A stretch of 32,000 nt of DNA. It comes from Candidatus Bathyarchaeota archaeon (lineage in GTDB: Archaea; Thermoproteota; Bathyarchaeia; Bathyarchaeales; Bathycorpusculaceae). Location: assembly GCA_963838505.1 (NCBI GenBank), contig CAWIRG010000018.1:3147-35146 (forward strand), in the 5' to 3' direction. The translations under genes were made by a program, and so were the position numbers. Positions 26,400-32,000 of the stretch are shown here, one piece after another. The first letter of the stretch is position 1; each line of letters begins with the position of its first letter. The notes beneath the pieces were generated by a model. The model searched no databases and was not told where the DNA came from. It saw only the letters and a program-made list of their open reading frames with translations.

Positions 26400-27960
26400 T
26401 CTTCGCTCTCACCTCCTTGGGTCCTGCTGCCTCGTCATCCGTTGATAACCTTGTGGTCTGCTCTCGGGGTGCGCGTGGGAGTGGGCGCGTGGGTTATCCA
26501 CAGCGGAGCGTTCCGCTCTCGGCGCGCCCATGACCGGGGCCCCTTCCCAGGCCCCCGGGCGCGTCGCAGGCTCGGCTGTGGAGAACCCGACCGTGGCGTT
26601 CGGGCGTGCTTCACGCTGCTACCTTGCGCGCTCGGTTGCGGGACTGCGGGCGCGGCCGCCGCCGCAGCACAATGGTGTCTGGTGGCGTGGTCGTGCGGCG
26701 CTCAGCTTCCTTGGTCTGGTTGCTGCCTTGCGCCACACAGCGGGCAATGGCCCACATGAACCCCACCAGTTCGCGGGCAATGGCGGTGACGATCTTGTTG
26801 CGCTGCTTGTGCTGGGCGCTCAAGTGGTTGAAGCGCGTGCACAGTCGCAGCTGCGCCTTCCAGGCGATGTCACGGATCTCTTTCGACAGCTCCTCCTGGC
26901 GCTTGAGCACGCGCGCACTGATGGCGGGCTGATGCACGTAGGCCCAGGCCGCCTCGCCCAGCACGCGGCGCACGTGCGCGTTGCCGCTCTTGGTGATCGC
27001 CCCCTGGCGGCGGCGCTCCCCGCTGGAGTACTCTGAGGGCACCAGGCCGAGAAAGGCCATGAGGCGGCGCGGCTGGAAACGACTGAGGTCACCCACCTCC
27101 GCCACCACGGTCACCGCCACCACCCACGACACGCCGCGCAGCGCTTGCAACGCATCGACGTACGGCTTGAGCCGCCACGCCACCACCAGTGCCTGGATCT
27201 GGCTGCTGAGCCGTTCGACCCGCCCCTCAGCCTCCTCGATGGCCCCGACATATTCCTCCAGCGTGACCCGCTGCGCCGCATGAGAGAAGCTTTGCGCCGC
27301 CACCCACCGGCGGTGCGCCAGGCTCCACTTCTTCTTGCCCGAGTAGCGCCGCCCGTGGCGTAACATGAACGAGTTCAGTCGCTGCCGTGCCCGGCGCCGA
27401 TTGTGCACCGCGTCCTCGCGCCCCCGCACCAGATCGCGGATCGCCTCATCCTCCGGCTCCGGCACGTAGAGCGCCCGCAGCGCGCCGGCGCGGTGTTGCA
27501 GCGCCAGCGTGCGCGCGTCGCGCCGGTCGGTCTTGACGCGATCCGACGGCCTCTTCGGCACACCGGCCGGCGACACCACCGTGCAGTGCAGACCCCGCTC
27601 TCTGAGGTGGCGGTAGATCACGTAGCCGCACGGTCCGGCCTCATAGACCAAGCGCAGCTCGGCTCCGCATTTCATCAGCTTGTCCACCGCCGTGTCCAGC
27701 GACTGCAGATCCCCGCCGATGCACCCGAAGTGCGCGACCTTGCCGTCGTGCCCCTGCTCGGCCGTGGTGATGTCGATCGACTTTCGGTGTACATCCATCC
27801 CAACAAACATGATACGCTTTTGCATGACCTGCCTCCTTTGCATGTGGCTCTGTGCGGTGGGCCCATCCCGCCGCGTAACCCACGCTGTGCAAGAGGCAGG
27901 TCGCTTCATCAAGTGCAGCCATTATGACTAGGTGGCGTGACTGGCCCATGGCTGGGAGGC
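26400..27960 (-). mobile_element. IS110-family insertion sequence (boundaries approximate)
   Basis: It contains the transposase below. The span of about 1.5 kb is typical for the family, which lacks classical terminal inverted repeats. The left limit coincides with the AT-to-GC switch. Confidence 0.6.
26611..27825 (-). CDS. IS110-family transposase (DEDD-type N-terminal domain plus Transposase_20-type C-terminal domain)
   Basis: MQKRIMFVGMDVHRKSIDI start preceded by AAGGAGG. Also EAGPCGY, VVSPAGVP, TDRRDA, LRGVSWVVAVTVVAEVGDLSRF and GERRRQGAITKSGNAHVRRVL. The ORF-track start at 27912 is an upstream extension. Confidence 0.9.
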   Translation of the reverse strand: MQKRIMFVGMDVHRKSIDITTAEQGHDGKVAHFGCIGGDLQSLDTAVDKLMKCGAELRLVYEAGPCGYVIYRHLRERGLHCTVVSPAGVPKRPSDRVKTDRRDARTLALQHRAGALRALYVPEPEDEAIRDLVRGREDAVHNRRRARQRLNSFMLRHGRRYSGKKKWSLAHRRWVAAQSFSHAAQRVTLEEYVGAIEEAEGRVERLSSQIQALVVAWRLKPYVDALQALRGVSWVVAVTVVAEVGDLSRFQPRRLMAFLGLVPSEYSSGERRRQGAITKSGNAHVRRVLGEAAWAYVHQPAISARVLKRQEELSKEIRDIAWKAQLRLCTRFNHLSAQHKQRNKIVTAIARELVGFMWAIARCVAQGSNQTKEAERRTTTPPDTIVLRRRPRPQSRNRARKVAA

Positions 27961-27971
27961 AGGGTTAGCTG

Positions 27972-28937
27972 ATGGGGTATCATGTCTACGACCTAGCGGA
28001 GTTTTCACTCTCCGCAGTTGGACCGCATAGCTGCTACGTATACCTCTTCTGCCAGGACGGGAGGGTTGCGAACCGGTTCGCAGAGGACATTGGTGAGAAA
28101 GCGGTCTCCATCACGGGGGGCATCGACGGAGTTGATTGGCTGTTCGCTTCAGATCGTCCCACGTGGTTGAGTGCTCACGCCTATTTCTACGCGACAATCT
28201 GCGTCGTTTGCCCTCGCAAGGCAGAGGCCGAGAAGTTCTTGCGAGCCTACAAGCAGTTTCGACATTGGAGCGAACGCGCGGCTAGTTCAAGTGAGCCGGT
28301 GGGTCTCGCACCGACGGCGCCCCTCACGAGGCTGGACAACGTACTTGTTGTGTCCATTCCGCGCACGCACAACCCCGACTTTGCAGGCTTCATGGCTAGC
28401 GGGCTGAACGAGCAGGCACGTGCTCACGATGTGGTGCTGGGCGTATTTGCGAAGATGGTGAAAATGGGACTTGCTCGAGATGCTGCGATCCGCGGAGAAC
28501 CGGACCTTCTCGCCGAGCGCATTCGAGTATTGAGTCACATCGCGACGTACGTGTACGACCATGCGGTCTTGGTCGACACCCTCGGTGGGTCCGTTATCCC
28601 AATTGATGAACAGCGCAAGACTGTATTCGAAGAGGTCCGCGCAGAGTTGGCGGCGGTCAAGAAGGGACTCTCTGCTCTCGGCCAGGGTAAAGACGTACAG
28701 GAACTCATGCACCAACTTCGGGATCTGAACAAGTTGTTGACCGAGGTGGACTGGGGAAAGCGTCCGCTGTCGGTGCAGGCGACTTTGGGTTTCGAAGCGT
28801 TCGGCAACGGTGTAAAGCTCGTCTTCGACTCAAATGGGCTCTCGACAAGCCCACTAACGCGGATTCGGAATTTGCTAAGCTCCTTCCGGGAGCTCCATGA
28901 GCCAGGCGCTGATAAGCGCCACCTAACAAGGCCATGA
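27972..28937 (+). CDS. Hypothetical protein (321 aa), no recognisable family
   Basis: ATG preceded by GGGAGG (27952..27957). It is uninterrupted, and its GC looks lower than in the flanking IS elements. Confidence 0.6.
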   Translation: MGYHVYDLAEFSLSAVGPHSCYVYLFCQDGRVANRFAEDIGEKAVSITGGIDGVDWLFASDRPTWLSAHAYFYATICVVCPRKAEAEKFLRAYKQFRHWSERAASSSEPVGLAPTAPLTRLDNVLVVSIPRTHNPDFAGFMASGLNEQARAHDVVLGVFAKMVKMGLARDAAIRGEPDLLAERIRVLSHIATYVYDHAVLVDTLGGSVIPIDEQRKTVFEEVRAELAAVKKGLSALGQGKDVQELMHQLRDLNKLLTEVDWGKRPLSVQATLGFEAFGNGVKLVFDSNGLSTSPLTRIRNLLSSFRELHEPGADKRHLTRP

Positions 28938-29055
28938 ACCCGCTGGTCGCCGCTTCGCGTCGCCCACGGGTTATGGCTGGCGTTGGGCGGGTCGGCCGAG
29001 CCTGTACGCGTGAGATATGCTATTATCCCCTGGTAGTGGAGGAGCGACGGTCTGA

Positions 29056-29290
29056 ATGCCACGAATCCAGGGTATCCCGGGCCATATCGGTTCTTCTTCA
29101 CGAGCTTCGACTGCAACGAGCCACCACATGTCCACGTGGAGCGCGAGAACAAGACCTGCAAGTTCTGGTTTGAGCCGCTTGGGCTTGCCCGTAATCACGG
29201 TTTCGGGCGCGAGAGTTGAACGTGATTCGTCGCATCATCCAGACGCATCGTGCCGGCATTCTGGAGGCATGGCATGAACACTGCGGCTAG
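29056..29290 (+). pseudogene. DUF4160-family protein, with two 1-nt deletions
   Basis: Hand translation across three frames gives MPRIQGIPG / GPYRFFFTSFDCNEPPHVHVERENKTCKFWFEPLGLARNHGFGRE / ELNVIRRIIQTHRAGILEAWHEHCG. GPYRFFF..EPPHVHV..KFW is the family signature. Breaks are at about 29078-29083 and 29208-29214. Confidence 0.7.
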
Positions 29291-29620
29291 CAGCGATCCC
29301 CGCATCGAGCACGTCCGAGTCACCGAGGACGAGATCATCGCGCAGCTGGTGGATGGCCGGGTGATCAGCGTCCCGCTCGCTTGGTCATGGCGACTGGCCG
29401 AGGCGACCCGGCACAGCGCGCAAACTTCCGGCTGATCGGCACCGGCCAAGGGGTGCACTGGCCTGAGATCGACGAAGACATCAGCGTCGAGGGGATGCTG
29501 CACGGGACCCCGGCGCGCCGCCCAAAGCCGAGAGCCGCAGCGACCGGGCCACGCACGGGCCGCCACGGACCGCCGAACAAGCGCATGCAGCCGCCGCGCA
29601 AGAGAGCCGCGCGCGGCTGA
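29274..29620 (+). pseudogene. DUF2442-family protein, with one 1-nt deletion in a C run (29407-29409)
   Basis: MNTAASSDPRIEHVRVTEDEIIAQLVDGRVISVPLAWSWRLAEAT continues as PAQRANFRLIGTGQGVHWPEIDEDISVEGML in the next frame. Its start overlaps the DUF4160 gene end. Confidence 0.65.
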
Positions 29621-29638
29621 TGCGCACGCCGTTGAGGA

Positions 29639-31391
29639 TGTAGAAAAAGTCCGCGCATCCAGGTAAATCAAGGTCTGGCGGGTGTCGTCACGATGCCCGG
29701 ACGGCTGAGGTGGCTGGGGAGGAGTGGATGGCGCGGTACAAGCCGTACAACCTGAAGCAGGACAAGTGGATTCCGCTGAGCTATGCGGATCAGATCTGCC
29801 CGGCTCGTTCGAGTACGCGCTCAACGAGATCGTCGAAGAGCACCTGGATCTGAGCATGTTCGAGCGGCGCTACCGCAACGATGACACGGGGCGGTTGGCG
29901 TACGACCCAAAGGTGCTGCTCAAGATCGTGCTCTACGGATACTATAAAGGCCTGGTGTCGAGCCGTAAGGTGGAGGAAGCCTGCCGGCGCAACGTGGTGT
30001 TCATGGCGTTGTCGGCGGACACGCGGCCGCACTTCACGACGATCGCCGCGTTCGTGGCGAGCTGGAGCAGGAGATCGTGGAGCTGTTCCGCGATGTGCTG
30101 TTGTACTGCGATGAGCTGGGACTGATCGGCAAAGAGCACTTTGCCATCGACGGCTGCAAGCTGCCCTCGAATGCCTGCAAGCAGTGGAGCGGGACACTCG
30201 AAGAGCTCGCAGACAAGCAGGAGAAGATGGAGCGGGCGGCGCGCCAGATTGTGCGCCGCCACCGCGAGCGCGATGAGGCAGAGAAGCAGGGGCCACAGGG
30301 CGAGCGCGAGCAGAAGAAGCTGGCGACGTATCGGGCCAAGATCGACAAGATCAAGAGCTTTCTGGCCCAGGCCAAGCCGAACATGGGTGCCAGCGGCAAG
30401 GAGCGCAAGAGCAACATCACCGACCCGCAGAGTGCGAAGATGTCGACCGCGCACGGAGTAATCCAGGGGTACAACGGGGTGGCGGTGGTCGACGATATGC
30501 ATCAGGTAGTGGTGCACGCCGAGGCGTACGGCAACGGCCAGGAGCAAGATTGCTCGGGCCGACGATCGAGGGGACACGCCAGAACTTTGCCAGGATCGGC
30601 CACGAGGAGGACATCTTCAAGAAGGCGAAGGTGACGGCGGACAGCGGTTTTCACTCGGCCAAGAGCGTGGAGCAGGTGGTGCAAAGCGGGGTGGATGCGT
30701 ACATTGCCGACGCCAACTATCGGCGCCGCGATGCGGCGTTTGCAAACGTCGGGCGGTTCAAGGAGCGCCACCGCAAGGAGCAGCGTCGGCGCAGTGGTGC
30801 CGAGGAGCGGTGGCGCTTCGGGCCGGAAGATTTCATCTACGACGAGCAGGCGCGCACATGCGTGTGTCCGGCGGGCAAGAAGCTGTATCGGTGCGGCAAG
30901 CTGATCAGACCGGGGGGTACCTCAACGTGCGTTTCAAGGCACCGAAGAGTGCGTGTCGGGGCTGCGTGTTGAGGAGCCAGTGTTTGAAGTACCCTGAGCG
31001 CACGGTGCAGCGTCAGGTGGCGTTCTTTGTCGGGCGAGTGGCGCAGGCGGCGCGGCAGGCGATGGAGGTGATGCGGGAGAAGTTCGACAGTGTGCTGGGG
31101 CGGCTGATCTACGCCAAGCGCATCGGGACGGTGGAGCCGGTGTTCGCGAACCTTCAGAACAAGGGCATGCGTCGCTTCACGTTGCGTGGCCGGCGCAAGG
31201 TGAGCACGCAATGGAAGCTGTTCACGCTGGTGCACAACATCGAGAAGGTCGCCCACGCCAAAGCTGCATGATGCCTGAGCGACGGGCAAAGGGACGGTTT
31301 CTCAGTCACCCGGAACCGCTCGCGGCATGAGCTCCCCACGCCGACCATCACCGGCGCCGCCGCTTGCCAACCACCACCGAGTTTTTCTACA
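29639..31391 (+). mobile_element. IS1182-family insertion sequence (1753 bp) with imperfect terminal inverted repeats
   Basis: The left end is TGTAGAAAAAGTCCG (29639..29653). The reverse complement of the right end is TGTAGAAAAACTCGG (31377..31391), a 13/15 match. They enclose the transposase reading frames. Confidence 0.75.
29728..31271 (+). pseudogene. IS1182-family DDE transposase, frame broken by four 1-nt deletions
   Basis: MARYKPYNLKQDKWIPLSYADQI / LPGSFEYALNEIVEEHLDLSMFERRYRNDDTGRLAYDPKVLLKIVLYGYYKG..HFTTIAAFV / ELEQEIVELFRDVLLYCDELGLIGKEHFAIDGCKLPSNA.. / LLGPTIEG..ADSGFHS.. / GYLNVRFKAPKSACRGCVLRSQC..FANLQNKGMRRFTLRG. Breaks are at about 29796, 30057-30061, 30550 and the G run at 30912-30917. 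Confidence 0.85.
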
Positions 31392-31424
31392 AGCTCGTTG
31401 GCCAGGAGGAAAGAATGAAACTGA

Positions 31425-31600
31425 AGACGGCGACTGTGATCGCAATTGTCGGCTTGGTTCTGAATCTACTCTACAACATGGGGAACGCGATGTTTATGGC
31501 GCGCGCGCATGGCGCATCTCTGCAGTGGCTCGTGAGTACGCTTCTCTTGCATGGCAGTCTGCTCGTCTTTTTCATCGTCCTTTATCGGAGACAAGAATGA
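31425..31600 (+). CDS. Small (58 aa) two-TM membrane protein, hypothetical
   Basis: ATG preceded by AGGAGGAAAGA. Sequence is MKLKTATVIAIVGLVLNLLYNMGNAMFMARAHGASLQWLVSTLLLHGSLLVFFIVLYRRQE. Confidence 0.5.
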
Positions 31601-32000
31601 CGGAGAAGAATGACAATCCTCGCCTGTTGGACGAGATTCTGGAATTGGGAAGCCAACAACCCGCATCGCTGGGCGGGCCACCGACGGCTTCAAAGCCCCC
31701 GCCGGTGTTCGGAACCATTGCGCTCTGCCTGCCTGCGATCGGGCTTCTCATTGCCATCGTCCTTACGTACCTGCTGGACAAACATGGGGGCGATAGCTTT
31801 GCCAGAGGATTTCTTCCACCGTTTGTCGGCAGTTGGGATCTCTCCCAGCCTCGCTGCTGGGCATCTGCGCGTCCATTGTCGCGCTCATCAGACGGGAGCG
31901 GTTGAAAGCTCTCGCGGTCATAGGGCTCTTGTTGAATGGCGTCATCATCGTTCCGACAGGCGTGTTGACATGGATAACGATCGTGAGCCTGGGAACATAA
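31597..32000 (+). pseudogene. Membrane protein, hypothetical; at least one frame break, probably two
   Basis: Its ATG overlaps the upstream TGA (ATGA). MTEKNDNPRLLDEILELG..VFGTIALCLPAIGLLIAIVLTYLL (frame 1) is followed in another frame by LGSLPASLLGICASIVALIRRERLKALAVIGLLLNGVIIVPTGVLTWITIVSLGT, ending at 32000. Confidence 0.4.

Noticed and set aside
26442-27949. Numerous 60-174-aa ORFs on both strands overlapping the IS110 transposase
   Set aside because: These are typical stop-poor frames of very GC-rich DNA. They are Arg/Ala/Pro-rich with no motifs, and the real gene is the 26611..27825 transposase.
28171-29198. ORFs overlapping or antisense to the 321-aa gene (for example 28535..29161 on the minus strand, 208 aa)
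   Set aside because: They have GC-rich shadow-frame composition (Ser/Arg/Pro-rich) and no start context. The plus-strand gene has a proper Shine-Dalgarno site and balanced composition.
29195-31351. Long minus-strand ORFs (220, 168, 211, 146 and 150 aa) across the DUF2442 gene and IS1182
   Set aside because: They are antisense to recognisable transposase or DUF coding sequence, with Arg/Pro/Ala-rich artefact composition.
29621-31400. Target-site duplication flanking the IS1182 element
   Set aside because: The sequences immediately outside the inverted repeats (..CCGTTGAGGA| and |AGCTCGTTGG..) share only a displaced CGTTG, which is not a convincing direct repeat.
1-32000. CRISPR arrays, rRNA genes, or inteins in rpoA/rpoB
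   Set aside because: No regularly spaced direct repeats were seen and no rRNA-like sequence. The rpoA and repaired rpoB lengths match intein-free homologs.

Overview
The window is a two-part mosaic. No searches were possible, so all calls rest on motif recognition and hand translation.

**Part 1, about 1-26,390: archaeal chromosome.** Sampled lines hand-count at about 35-60% GC.
- Minus-strand transcription block: L30e (partial), an unsplit rpoA (A'+A'' in one 1273-aa ORF), then rpoB.
- An intron-containing tRNA-Leu(CAA).
- nadA, then a DUF1893 / thioredoxin / DUF2148 redox cluster.
- An Lrp/AsnC regulator and several membrane or secreted proteins.
- A five-gene Opp/Dpp-type ABC importer.

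The importer is bracketed by two membrane-anchored cohesin-like proteins, one with a PEF-CTERM-like tail. Its solute-binding protein ends in a duplicated dockerin-like segment instead of a membrane anchor. I flag this as a candidate cohesin-dockerin tether for an ABC binding protein.

**Part 2, about 26,390-32,000: GC-rich, bacterial-looking DNA.** One sampled line hand-counts at 75% GC, and genes carry Shine-Dalgarno sites.
- An IS110-family element.
- An orphan 321-aa protein.
- A DUF4160/DUF2442 pair.
- An IS1182-family element with recognisable terminal inverted repeats.
- Small membrane proteins.

The boundary cuts an archaeal secreted-protein gene and coincides with the IS110 end. This is either an inter-domain mobile island or a chimeric join.

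**Frame breaks.** About 20 single-nucleotide frame breaks interrupt otherwise well-conserved genes across both parts. rpoB has four or five and the IS1182 transposase has four. This looks more like indel error than biology.

No CRISPR array or rRNA was seen.
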